A stretch of DNA of 64,000 bases from NCBI GenBank assembly GCA_973895155.1, contig OZ316898.1, positions 5,877,079 to 5,941,078 of the forward strand, read 5' to 3'. Position numbers and translations under genes: made by a program. This DNA is from Marsupella aquatica. Taxonomy: Eukaryota; Plantae; Marchantiophyta. Positions 49,733 to 62,816 of the stretch are shown piece after piece. A model generated the notes under the pieces. The model did not search any database, was not told where the DNA came from, and worked only from the letters and a program-made list of their open reading frames with translations. How positions within the stretch are numbered: the stretch's first letter is position 1; each line of letters opens with the position of its first letter.

Positions 49733-51590
49733 TGATGGTAGTGAAGACGAAATGGCACTTTCACAACTCGATTCGGGAGGATTGCTATCATCTAGCATTA
49801 GTGGAATGAAGTCACAGGTTAAATGCCCGGCCATAGTCTCGTCAATGCTTTTCTTGCCAGTCTGCGTGCGATTGTTTGGGCACTGTCCCTGTATCACTAC
49901 TCATTTTTTAAAGTGTAAGAAAAAGTCGTGGAGATATTTCAGTAAATTACAAATCTTTCATGCCCTAGTGCTTACTGAGAAAGTCGCAGAGGAGTGGAAG
50001 TCAAAGGTGCTTAGCATGCCGTATGGACAATACAGTGAATATGTTCTGAATTGTCAATGTGGGTTTGTGAAAGACGTCCGTTTCATTTTCAGTTGCCCGT
50101 TGCCCTAGAAGTTGGAGTCTTTTAAAGCCCCTTCTAAAAAGGGAGGAAGTATAAGGTCACTACGGGATAATGAATACTTGCTCAAGCAGGTGTATGTTGT
50201 GATACGCCAAGTAACTGGATTGAATGATGGAAAGACTACAAAATTGGTAGTTCCTGAGGTGGACAGATTCGCTGACAGAAATATGAAATGTGAAGAAACG
50301 GTTTGAGCCTGGTTCTCCGGGTTCAGAATGAAGTGATCGGAATTCCAATAGAAGATTGCATTACCCAGTGGTCTGGAATTGATGAAAGGTTCATTGGTTA
50401 GTAAGGAATGGGTATGTCGTTTAGTTTTGAATTTGCAGATTTTCTACCCCTGAAGCCTAATCAGGTGCACATTCTATGCTCTATCTCATGTAATTTAACG
50501 CTTAGCCACAGTGGTGCTGCTGTAAGAATATGTGGAAGAGTCTAACTAAAAAAGTGACGCCAAATGAACTAATGTGAAGCTAGTGTAGAGTTTCTGATTT
50601 TGGTCGAGTTTTATTGGACTGGATCGGCAAGTCTTAATTGAAGGATTTGCGCACTTCTTGATGATATTTGTCATTCTTTTTCGACGGTTCTGAGATTTTC
50701 AGGTCAGTCTGCAAGTTTTGAAAGTATTCCTGGGAACTGTATCCGCTCTAACAATTAGTTGCACATTGTTATTGTGAGGTTGAGGATTTTTAAGTCTTTG
50801 ATATCAAAATCCGCCCTCCCAAGAACTCGGTGATAGTTGAATCTGGTCAGTCAGCAAGTATTGAAAGTATTTCTGGTACTTTATACGCTGTAACAATTAG
50901 TTGCACCTTGGTATTCTGAGGTTTGAGGATCATGAAATCCTTGATTACAAAATCTGCCCTCTTCCAAGTGCTCGGTAATAGTAATCTGTTGGCGTGTCTA
51001 CAACAGCAATATCTATCAGCTGCACGTAGTATACAGCAGCAGACAGTATCCATCAATTGCATATAGTTTGGAGGAGATGACAATGATGTTCTGCTCCGTT
51101 AACATGGAATAGTGCCTTCCCCGGCTTGTTGTCCTGTAGTTGTGGTAGGACGAGTCATATTCTCCAGACTTTGATATCGCGAACATCCAAGTCCAGCCAC
51201 TACCCTGTTGATCTACTCTCGGTAATTTTCTGTAGACCACGTTCCTTCTCATTTTGCGTCATGAACGCGATGGTCGTTTTGTGACCTTTTAAATAGTTGT
51301 CAAACAACTGTTTCTACTTCTCAATTCACCCACTAAAGTTCTACTTTAGTGATCTTCAACAAAGTTCCACTAGAGTGGTATTTATTTACTTTAGTGATCT
51401 TGAGCATGAACTTGAGCAACAGTGGACAACAAGAGAAGTACAGGATTGAATTATCATTTTATACAAATTACTGTTACAAGGCAACTGAGTAATCTACCCA
51501 TGGCTAGTGTTGCCTCTGCGACATATGCAGAGGTTCTACCAACATATTCTGCTTCATACAAGACGATGCAGTCGATACACAGAAGAAAAC

Positions 51591-53873
51591 TCATGCTTGG
51601 TGTTCGTCAAGTAGGACCACTTCATGTATGTCTGGAAACGCATCCTTGACGGCGGCTTGAATACCTGAGGCAAGAAGGGCAGGACCTTTGTATTTGATTA
51701 CTGCGATGCCCTTCTCAGGGCTTACAGAAGACACTTGGACAAATCCTCCATAGTTGTGAATTGCAGGCCTCAGCATCTCCAAGTGAGCGTCCACTCCCTG
51801 AATTCACCAGCCATCCATGTTCCTCCACTCAGCTTTCAATTTTAAGGCTTAAATTTTGGAAAATTCAGGTTTCGGTCTGCACTGTCAAATTTTCGATAAC
51901 ACATAGGTTTTGATGAGCTCACTACGCATTCAAAACAAACTAGCGCAAACGACTCTTCAGCTCCGGGAAACATGCGACCACCCCGATGTGCATTAAACTC
52001 GGAAACACCCCTTGTGATTTACTTTCAGAAAAATAAATATATGTGTTAGTTTTGATAGACCGTTTGAGCCTCAGGAAGGACTGCCACAGCAAGTGCACTA
52101 CCAGACACCAATGGCAATCCTTCCGGAGGAGCAATAGGCTGTCAAGGTGTCTTACGCAGAACGTTGAGAGCTAGATCGAGACCATGAGATCTGGAGCAGA
52201 AACCCAAACAATTTGGTGTGACCTTACCATTACTGTCGCTCCCGCTTGTTGCTGGTCTACTTGGACGACGCCCTTCAGCGAGACTCCAAATTTTTCGTTC
52301 AACACCCGTTCAATTCCCATCTTCATGGTTGTTGTTGAGCTAGGGCATGACCCGCAGGCTCCTGCACAAAGGAGAGGCCAATCAGCATCCGTAAAGCTAA
52401 AAACGGGCCAAGTAAAGGTAATACCCGTTTCCATTAAAAATACCCGTTTCCATTAAGATTCTAAACAGTCCAGTATTGTTGACGGTATTTTTAATGGAAA
52501 CGGGTATTTTTAATGGAACCACTGCAAGGCTATGCTGACCCGCCAAGACTTCCATCCATACCGTCAAGTTTAGAATCTTAAAAGTTTTTCAGTCTAATCT
52601 GGAGATTTCCAGTTGAAGAGAAGTACAACCATAGACGGTTATGGAATAGAGGCAGACGCTCGAAAGAATGCCCTCATTAAGCCACTAAAGGTTTCATTAC
52701 CAATTCTTAATTCTGTCAACAATACTGGACAGCCCATTACAACTATCCGATAAGTCAGACTTCAGGATCTTCCGAGTCTCTTCGGATATTCTACTTATAG
52801 CCTGGCTGAAACAAAACTAACCGAAATGAAGAACACGGCACAGTATTTGTGTGTGATGGGCTTCCGCAGGAAAACCTCGAAACTATCAGGCACCCAAGTC
52901 AATAACCAATTCAATATCATGTCAAGTCTTCAGGTCTAGTTGATCTCTTGTCCCTTACGCTTCATCCAAGTTGCAGGGCCCAAGAATTTAAGGCTAGCGC
53001 AAAACTACACGTAATTAATGTAATCTCCTAGTGGGTCTGGCCTGAAATACCGTACGCAATGTGCAAGAGAAGAATTGACATATCTCTTGTTTCGTTTCCC
53101 CAGTGTTGCACAACTGACGGGCTTCAAGGTTTTTGTTTCACATCTCCCGGTTTTTGTCGGATTGTTCCTCGAGCATTAAAATAAAGAAAATTGAAATGAT
53201 TTCTCAGAGCAGGTGATCATGCAAGAAACTTACAGTTGAAATTTCTTCCACCCTCTGTGACACTCTAAAATGGAGATGCGGTCATTCTTAGAATTTCTTT
53301 AACTACACTTACACATGAAGGAGAAGAGATCACTCGTTCCACACCGTGACGAAAGCAGACAATCCTAAGGTTCATTTGGATACAGATGGATGCAACTCAA
53401 TTCTACTCAATCACTGATGTTCATCAAAATTAAGTCAAGGAGAAGCGGTGATAGAAATCCTTGCCTTGGAGACGTAAGGAGACAACTCCATCATCCACTG
53501 AAGCAACCTCCACATTGCCACCATCAGAAATTAGATATGGTCGGACTTCATTGAGAACTATGTCCACGTTCTCCACTGTCAACTCATCATACACGTCAGC
53601 AGAATAGAGGTCCCCCTGCTTCTTCTGCTCCCGCTCCTCTCCCTTGAACGGGCTCGAAATAGGGGCTACTTCAGCCCTCACTGTGATGGTCTTCCGAACC
53701 TTGATCGTCCTGTGCAAATTCAGGTTCCCTAGGCCGTAACTACGTCCCCTGTTATCATCTCCAGGCGAGGCTCTCGATGATGCTCTGCTGATTTTTTGCG
53801 GAGTGGAGGAAGTGCAGGCAGCATGAACTAATCCGGTCGACAGAGGACGATGGTATGCAACCGCTGCCTCCAT
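51591..53873 (-). CDS. NFU1: NifU-like Fe-S cluster carrier, plastid type (NFU1-like), 3 exons
   Basis: Exons 53873-53465, 52361-52228, 51797-51591. A transit-peptide-like N-terminus precedes the NFU domain [30 protein letters not shown] (CxxC) and a degenerate second domain [14 protein letters not shown]. Intron 1 needs a GC donor. Confidence 0.9.
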
Positions 53874-54942
53874 CGCGGGTCCTGTAGATGTCCTTGGCTG
53901 ATACAAAACACCAACAATTTGCGCAGGGCACTCTATTCTGCTCAGCGGCAGCTGTGGCTCCTCCTGCTTCTCCTGCGATAGGCTAAATTGTGTAAGCCCG
54001 AAATCTTGCGATACTGTGATCCACTTCTCGGGGCTCACTGATTAGTAGTAAACTATGGACCGTGTGCGATGTGTGTTGCGTGTAAGGTACTGGATCAAGC
54101 GAATGAACAATGTTTTGCGCAATTTGAACTGATCAATTTTCAATCGGATTTCGCTGACCGATGAGTCTCTTCCCACAGCCACAAGAACAGCAATCTAGGT
54201 AGATGTGTCCCTCTGTACTACCGCTTACACCAATTCAACTCCTCTCAAATCCATTCGACTCAATTGGCTCCGAGAAACGATGAGTCTAATTTACTCAACT
54301 CAACTCAACTCAAACCATATCAAATTCTATTCAAATGCCTTCGACAAATCATGAGTCTATTTTCTCAGCCAAGTCAGTACCAAGCGTACCTGCCGGCTGT
54401 CCAGCTACTTTACTGTCCTGTAACTCAGACGGCCTGCAAGTGATGATGCGTGGTGATGAAGAGTTGGCGAGGAGGAGCTGATGTTTGGACAGACCGTTCC
54501 CATTTTCTATTCAGGACGTGGCCCATGGAGATGGCCAACCGCCTGCCCTTTGCCTTTTTTGGTCTCAGGCTCTCTAAATTGGCCCACCATAGATTGGCAG
54601 ACGACCTCTATTCATAATGCAGCCAAAAAGAAATTTTTTTCCTGCTTACAAAATTGATGCAATGCAGCCAAAAGGTTTCTGCTTACAAAATTGGACATGG
54701 ACGGAACCAACCTGAGCCGGTACGATTTCATTTAATATTTTTGTGTACTCTTGGATTTAGTGACTAGGACTAGGAGTGTGAATGATATACTTACTTTTAT
54801 GTAGAATACAGAGTAAATGAGAAGATTCTTATGTGTGTCTTTTTTTTTAAATATTAAAGTACACACTTTGGAAGGAGAACCTTTTGGGGCATGACAAACG
54901 TTTTTTGGATTTTTGCATCAAAAACTACAATAAAGAAAACTA

Positions 54943-57900
54943 TGTTAGACTCTACCTCCTCCCATTGACCAGACGACCGGACCAGCCGGTCATCCGACAC
55001 CACTATATGTATAAACATTCCAGACTATATAGATATCATTGCATTCTTATCATCACACGTTATCAGCACGTAGCTCTCCACACGAGCAATTTTTTTTACT
55101 AGAGAAAAGGCCAGATTTGAATTGAATGTTGATACATTTGATGTAAGGAATTACCAAACTCAGCAAGCTAGGCTACGGCGAATTAACTTTTGCAAGGCTA
55201 TGGCGAAAGAGTCGAGGTCATTCACCTAATTAAGTCAATGTTCCGACATGACCTTGCAGAAACAATCATCGGCCAATGCCTAAACTCCCAGAAGACGGAA
55301 TATCGTCTTCAATAGACTGCCCCTTTAAGCATATCAAAATCGCTGGCGTGAATCCTATTTTCGAGAAATTGCACACCTTCTATCCGAACCGTTTACGAGA
55401 ATTTCCTTCGAGACTTTCCTTCTTGCAGCCGCAGCGAGAGACAAGGTTAAGAAATTGAAACTGAGTAACGTCTGAAACGAGGTGAGAATTGGATCGTCGC
55501 TCATAGGCGGAGGAGAAAAGCTTACGAAGAAAAAAGTGAGACTCGTTCTTGGGCAAAGCGAATCAAGATCCTCGGATGGACCCTTCCGAAACAGAGATGA
55601 CAAAGTAACAGAAGCAGTTTGAGAGATTTTTCGAGGGGAAATAGAGATTGCAAGAAGGTCAGACAGCGAATCAGCAGAGGCGAAGCAGATGACTTGCGAG
55701 TGAAGCCGAAGAAGCTTTCGGAAGCGATGATGAAGAAGGGAAGCCCGAAGTTGAAAGAGAAGTAATAGAAGCAGATAAAATGACAATCAGCATAGCCATG
55801 GCGAATTGAGCAATCGAGCGGTGAATCCATAAATAAAGACAGGAATAGAAAAGAAGGGAACTCTTTTAGGAGGAACCCTTCACCGCACCGTCGAACACCA
55901 GCGAAAGAAGCCGAAGCTTCATCAAATAAGACAAGGCCTCGAAAAATTGCAGACCAAAGACGAATCCACCTTCAATAATTTGAAGCTGTCATCAGCCTGA
56001 AGGAGTAACAATCGAAAGCCAAAGATTGGCGCAGCGCCAAAAGCCACAGCGAAAAAGGGAGCATTGATCAGTGAAAGGGCAGCATCGATTGAGGACCAAC
56101 AAAAGATGCAGAAAAGACACATTCAGAGAAGGACCGGGGCTGCCAAGCAACCACAACCAAAGATCGAGCATAACAAGGAGGTGTCAAATTGCGCAACAAT
56201 GCAAGGAAGAATAACGAGGGAAACCCGATAAGCAAACCACCCTCCTTAATTGCACAGTTTTACAAAGTCATTTCCTGCACACAAAGAAACCCATGCACTT
56301 AACCATCTAAGTGCAAATAACCGCAAAACCTTCATAACTGCACACCGTAACAAAGAAAACTCAAGTATACAAAGCCACATGTGCACTTAACCAGGGCACG
56401 AGTAAATCATCACCAATAACTGCACAAACTGCAAAACTTCATTATTGCACAATCCAACAAAGGAAAGAGCAAATACAAAGGAAACTTTGCAGTTAACCAA
56501 ATAACAAGGAAAACCTAAATCCTAAGTGCAAACCCATAAAATTGAATTCCGAATTTGCATGCTCTCTACACCCAGCCCCACTTTGCATGCCGTAGAAATG
56601 TGCTTTGTCGATTTTTACTATACTTACTAGAAAATAAGCCCCAATTACCATTAAAAGGAACCAAGCCACCACCCCGATGACCAACCTCGAGAAATTAACT
56701 TTTCCAGCCCTAGAATCGATGGTAACAACTACCTAGAATGGTCCATGAACCTCAAAGAGAACCTAACCTCGCTAACCCTACTCCCAGCTCAACCCATACT
56801 AGCTGGCGAACCCCAACCCATACTCAACCCATACTAGCTGGCGAACCCCAACCAGACCCGTTAACCAAAGTTAATGAATCCAAGGCTCTAGTATTCCTTA
56901 GACGCCATATCCATAGATTCCTTCAAAGACAATACATGCACCTCTCAACCCCTCGTGAACTATGGACAGCGCTCCAGACCCGATTCGACCACCAAAAACT
57001 GGTCGAACTACCTAAAGCCAGGCAAGACTGGCTAAACCTGCGGGTCCAGGACTTTACCTCTATTTCAGCCTACAATAGCGAGCTCTTCAGAATCACTTCA
57101 ACCCTCGCACTTTGTGGCGAGCCAGTCACAGACAAGGATCTGCTAGAAAAGACCTTGTCCACGTTTCACTCATCGAACGTGTTACTATCAACACAATACC
57201 GGAACATGAAGTTCGGGCAATACTCCGAGCTCATAGCCCACCTCCTAGTCATAGAAAGAAACCAGGAGCTTCTTTTAGTTAACTCTAGAAAACGCCCTGC
57301 CGGCACACTGCCCTCAGGAACACACAGAGAAACCCATAATATAGAAAATGCTGAACCCTCCACATCAAGGCAGGGTATTAAGCGCACTAAGAACGGCAAC
57401 CGGAGAAACACCCACAACAGGTCTTTAACCAACGTCCACAATATAATTCCCAACGGACCTTTAGAGGACGTAGAGGACGAGGAGGACGTGGAGGACGAGG
57501 AGGACGTGGAGGACGAGGAGGACGTGGAGGACGTGGTGGACGTGGTGGACACGGAGGACGCGGCGGTGGAAGAACATATAACAACAACCGCAGAAATGAT
57601 TGGTCACAACCCCGACAACAACGGGAACGCCCGAACTGCCATGAATGCGGCATGACAAACCACCTAGCGAGAAACTGTAGAATCCCGCAACACCTTAGAG
57701 AACTATACCAACGGTCCCTCAAGGATGGACAAACCTCTAGGGCACCACCCCGTGAAACTCACGGGGCGTTTATGGAGTCTAGCGACCCATTCCAAGACTT
57801 TACAGATCCACCTGTCCAACCCGAGGCACATTTAGTGGCGAGTAGCTCCACAACCCCAGATCTAAATAGTCCAAGCACATGCATTATCGGCAGTGCAACC

Positions 57901-60900
57901 ACACATACTATCCTCTGGGATAGACACCTTTTCCACAAGATCACACCTTCACGTAGATCACTGACCACTATCAATGGCCCTAGCCAAATAGAAGAGGGCT
58001 CTGGCCCAGCTTCCATTAGACTCCCACAAGGTACAGAAATCCATATAGAATCTGCTATTTTCGCCCCGAACGCAACCCGTAATCTCCTCAGTTTTAGAGA
58101 TATACGAGCAAATGGACTCCACGTCCAGACAGGCGATACAAGAGACCAAGAAGTAATCCACTTGGTTGAAAATACCCCTACGGGGAAAATCATTAAAGAA
58201 ACCCTTTTCTCGTACCCATGCGAGTTTTATGTAACTCAAATTGAATGTTTGCATAACAATGCACAACCAAGCGAATTGCCCGCGCTTTGGCATGCACGCC
58301 TCGGCCACCCCGGCCAATCCATGCTAAGCAAAATCATTAAGAATTCAAGAGGTATCCCAACCAATACACGCCACATTCCAGCTAGCATCCCATGCACTGC
58401 ATGCTCACGCGGTAAATTAATAACAAGGCCCACGACATCAAAATTGTCAACCAAAATACCCAAATTCTTGGAAATCCTTCATGCAGATGTTTGCGGGCCA
58501 ATTAACCCACCGAGCATACCTTTCCGCTACTTTATGGTATTAATCGACGCATCAACTAAATGGTCAAATGTGACCCTACTTTCAACAAGGAACATGGTTA
58601 CGCCTCGCATCTTGGCACAAATATTGTGCATGAAGGCACAATTCCCAGATCACCCCATTAAGACACTAAGGGTGGATAATGCAGGAGAATTCACATCTGA
58701 AACATTTGACGACTTTTGTACATCACTTGGCATTGACGTACAATACCCTGTACCCCACGTGCATTTCCAGAATGGATTAGCTGAAGCTGTCATTAAACGC
58801 TTTCAGCTAATTGCACGCCCGCTACTAATGCAATCGAAACTCCCCGTCTCAGCATGGGGACATGCCATATTATAGGCTAATGCATTAATTCAATACCGCC
58901 CATAAGCTTTTAATACCTATAGCCCATACCAAATTCCTAACGGTATCAAACCCGATCTAACCCATCTTCGTTCATTTGGATGTCAAGTAATGGTTCCCAT
59001 TACTCCACCCAAACAAACCAAGATGGGACGCCAACGACAATTGGGGATATACATCGGATTCGACTCCCCATCCATCATAAGATATATGGAGCCTATAATG
59101 GGTGACGTTTTTAAAGCTAGATTTCTAGATTGTCATTTTGATGAGCATATTTACCCACCATTAATAACCCCTGCACACCCACAACCACCTTTGGAGTGAG
59201 AAAGACATTCGCCATTTTGGCAAGACCTTAGAACCAATCAAGGGGAGAAAGAAGTTCAACAAATTTTGCACTCCACAAGATTGTGGAAGAACTTCCCGAC
59301 GCTTTTGTCGATACATCACAAGTTAGCCGCTCACATATTCCAGTTGCGAGAGCATCTGCTCGCATCGAATTATCAAGTGAGCCAGCAAGTACATCCCAGC
59401 CTCGTACCAAACATGGCAGACCCTTGGGATCAAAAGATAAACAACCAAGAAGGTGTGGTTCATCTATACCCCCTTCACCTGAAGTTGATCATACCGATCC
59501 TACAACTCATGAAGAGATCTCTATCCACTACGCACACACCGGTGCGATGTGGGATAGAAATACTACTTCAATAGATGATACTTTTGCATTAATGGTGGCA
59601 ACACATATCACTGACGATACACCCAAACCAATATCCATCTTAGAATGCCAAAACAGACCAGATTGGCCTGAATGGCAAAAAGCTATCAACGGAGAATTAG
59701 ATTTCCTACTAAGCAGACACACTTTTGGCCCAGTTGAGCCAACACCTGCAAGACGTACACCTCATTGGCTACAAGTGGACCTTCGTCCTCAAAAGAAATG
59801 ATAAAGGCCAGGTTGTACGCTACAAAGCACGTCTGGTAGGGAAAGGATTTACCCAACAACCGGGAATTCATTACGATGAAACTTACTCACCGGTTATGGA
59901 TAGCACAACATTCCGATACCTTATCGGATTTGCCATTTTCCATAAACTACAGATGCGACAACTGGATGTTGCGACCGCATATCTATATGGAACTTTAGAC
60001 ACTTGTCTATGCATGCGATCACCTCCTGAGTTGGAGCAACGTCGCCGAGCTTTAGCTCAAGGCGCTAAATCGCATATTCCATATTTACATAAGATTATAA
60101 AATAATTATCTCAAGTTACACCTCATGTGTCATCTACACATGTAACTCATAACAATGACACCCCTGTGTCAACTGTACGGAATACTCGCCATGGACTAGC
60201 TATCCGCGTGTTGAAGACATTATATGGCCTGAAACAAAGTGGCAGAGTATGATATCAAAGATTCACTGATGAAATGATTGCCATGGGTTTTTCCCATGAT
60301 GCAATTACCCCATGTTTAATTGGACATACAAACCTTGGACATACAAACTTTTGCTTAGGCTTACAACTGGAGATCTTACCTACTGGCATGATGCTCCATC
60401 AAACAACACAAATTGAAAAGATCCTCAAATAGTTCAATATGAACCTAGCACACCCATTGACGTCACCAATGGTGGTACGTTCATTAGAAAACAATACTGA
60501 TGTTTTTCGCAAGCACGAAGAACATGAACCAATATTAGGACCAGAAACTCTGTATCTTTCTGCGATAGGAGCATTAATGTATTTAGCAAATCAGACCCGA
60601 CCAGACATTGCATTTGCAGTTAACCTACTAGCTAGACACAGTGCAACTCCCACAGCCAGACACTGGAACGGAGTTAAGCACGTATTTAGGTATCTGCGTG
60701 GCACCACCGATACCGGGTTATTTTACCCATTCGGTGCAAACCACGAACTCATAGGATATGCGGACGTCGGATATCTTTCCGACATCGACACCGCAAAATC
60801 CCAAACCGGATATGTTTTTACTATAGGAGGTACCGCTTTTTCTTGGAAAAGTGTGAAACAGACCCTAACAGCAACCTCATCGAATCACTCAAAAATCTTA

Positions 60901-61679
60901 GCCCTACACGAGACTATTCGTGAAACCGTTTGGTTACGATCCTTTATAAATCACATTAACACCAAATGCGGCCTACCACCACTAACGAAGCCTACTAACA
61001 TTTTTGAGGATAACGCAGCATGTATACAGCAGATCACGAAAAGATTCATCAAAGGCGATCGCGTGAAGTATATAACTCCGAAGTTCTTCTACACCCACGA
61101 GTTACATGGAACAGAGATCAACATTTTACAAATTTCAAGTGCAGACAACTGTGCGGATCTCTTCACCAAATCACTATCGCCAGCCGTTCATCATCGACAC
61201 TGCCAGGCGATTGGACTGCGGAGCGTACGACGCATGATGACCGTGGAAGCTGCTACTCCACATGACGGTTGATGCTGCTAACGACATGATGCTGACGACC
61301 TACTGTTGCGACAAATATTAAAGCTAGATTTACTATAGCATCTAACTTTATTTAATATTGACATTTATTACGACGAGGATTGTTAGGCTGAACTCTTTTT
61401 CCTTTAACACTCATATTTTTTCTCTGTTATACTGGTAGAGTTTTTATTTAGCTAGAATTTTTAATGAGGCAGTCTATTTCGCTTATACTTATATCATGTA
61501 TTTTCTATGAACATGATATAATAGGTATAATCTATGTTGTCTATATAATTGCCACTATATATACAAAGGGGGTGTTAGACTCTACCTCCTCCCATTGACC
61601 GGACCATCCGGTCATCCAACACCATTGTATGTTTAAACATTCAAGACTATACAGATATCATTGCATTCTTATCATCACA
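54943..61679 (+). mobile_element. Ty1/copia LTR retrotransposon, Bianca-like, near full length but disrupted
   Basis: Short TG..CA LTRs at 54943-55057 and 61573-61679, TSD aacta, PBS cgttatcagcacg and PPT aaaggggg. Domain order is gag (from ~56677), CCHC knuckle (CHECGMTNHLARNC), protease, GAG-pre-integrase, integrase (LHADVCGP, LRVDNAGEF), RT (YKARLVGKG), RNase H (GYADVGY, IFEDNAAC). Confidence 0.93.
56677..61272 (+). pseudogene. Copia gag-pol polyprotein with several frameshifts and stops
   Basis: ORF pieces 56738-57655, 57652-58875, 58990-59199, 59283-59801, 59725-60105 and 60439-61272 are in copia domain order. Confidence 0.9.
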
Positions 61680-62816
61680 AACTACAATAAAGAGTTGTGC
61701 GCTTTTTTACAGTGATCATCATTTAAAATTGCTGAGACTTTTTTGGTGTGAAAAATGAAAACCCAGTGCACACTAAACATGTATTTGGGATCACATCCAA
61801 GTTGGATGGAGATGAAAATCCTTTTTTTTACTCTTTCATCGAGTTTTTGGAAAATTGATAGATGTACACCCGTTTAGTTTGCACGTTCATTTTTGGGAAT
61901 TGATGAATGCACACCCCTCTTGTTGCGATGGAGGTCATGAAAGTCCTTTTCCTGTTTTGTATTTCTTTAGTAAATTGATAAATATTTGTATAGTCCTTCA
62001 ATTCTTACATTTTTCATTTCATGTTTTCATTTCATTTGTAGGAGTTCCTAAATCGAGATCCACGCTATTGCTGTGTAGTTGTAGGGAAAGGCAATGTCTT
62101 TTCCTTTTGCTTCTTCGACGTCTAGGGGAAACAGTAGGACAGTAAGAACAAGAGAACTGAAAGATTGGCTTCCTTCGGCAGCTTCAACTTTTTCTCACAA
62201 ATGGTGGAAGATCACTTAGTGCGTCATCGATGACAAGGAGCTACTTTCCATGAAGAGGCCCGAGTACTTCTAGAAATGTTTACATGAGACAAGAGAGAAC
62301 AAGCAGTCCAAGGACACAACTAAGGTGGGAAATGGAAAACTCTCGTTCACAAAAATACAAACAGTAGATTTTGCAGTGGAGCGGATAAATCCACTCATCC
62401 CCATTTGTGCAGGAGCCTCTTGGCAGAACACTCTTACTACCTGCTTTTACTAAGTTGACATAGTATCCTGCATATACCATGTATCTTGTGCCTATTCGTC
62501 CTTGGGAGGATCCATTCCAGATTCATGATGCTGCCTTCGAACTTTCACCCGTGTCAACGACCTAAGATACAGAAACCCATCATCAAGAAAGGAAATAAAC
62601 CTTTGTATAGGTTGAGCCAGTTTAAGACTCTCTGAATACTATTCATTCGGCTCAATATTCACTCACACCGTCACTTGATCTAAGAATCCAAACTAGTTCA
62701 GAAACCTCAAACCTTGGACCCTCGCAACCCTCCTTTGATTTCCCTATCGGCACTCGGACCTGTGTGACAATCCGACAGTCGGTAGCCCCAACAACATATG
62801 GTCTTCCGAGTGCCCT

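Noticed and set aside
54230-54370. Similarity (ctcaattggctccg..atgagtct) to the copia LTR upstream of NFU
   Set aside because: Only ~25 bp is shared and there are no LTR termini or TSD.
57462-57570. Acidic EDEEDV protein, or PPR/SST-repeat ORFs on the minus strand
   Set aside because: These are frame artefacts of the Gag RGG minisatellite.
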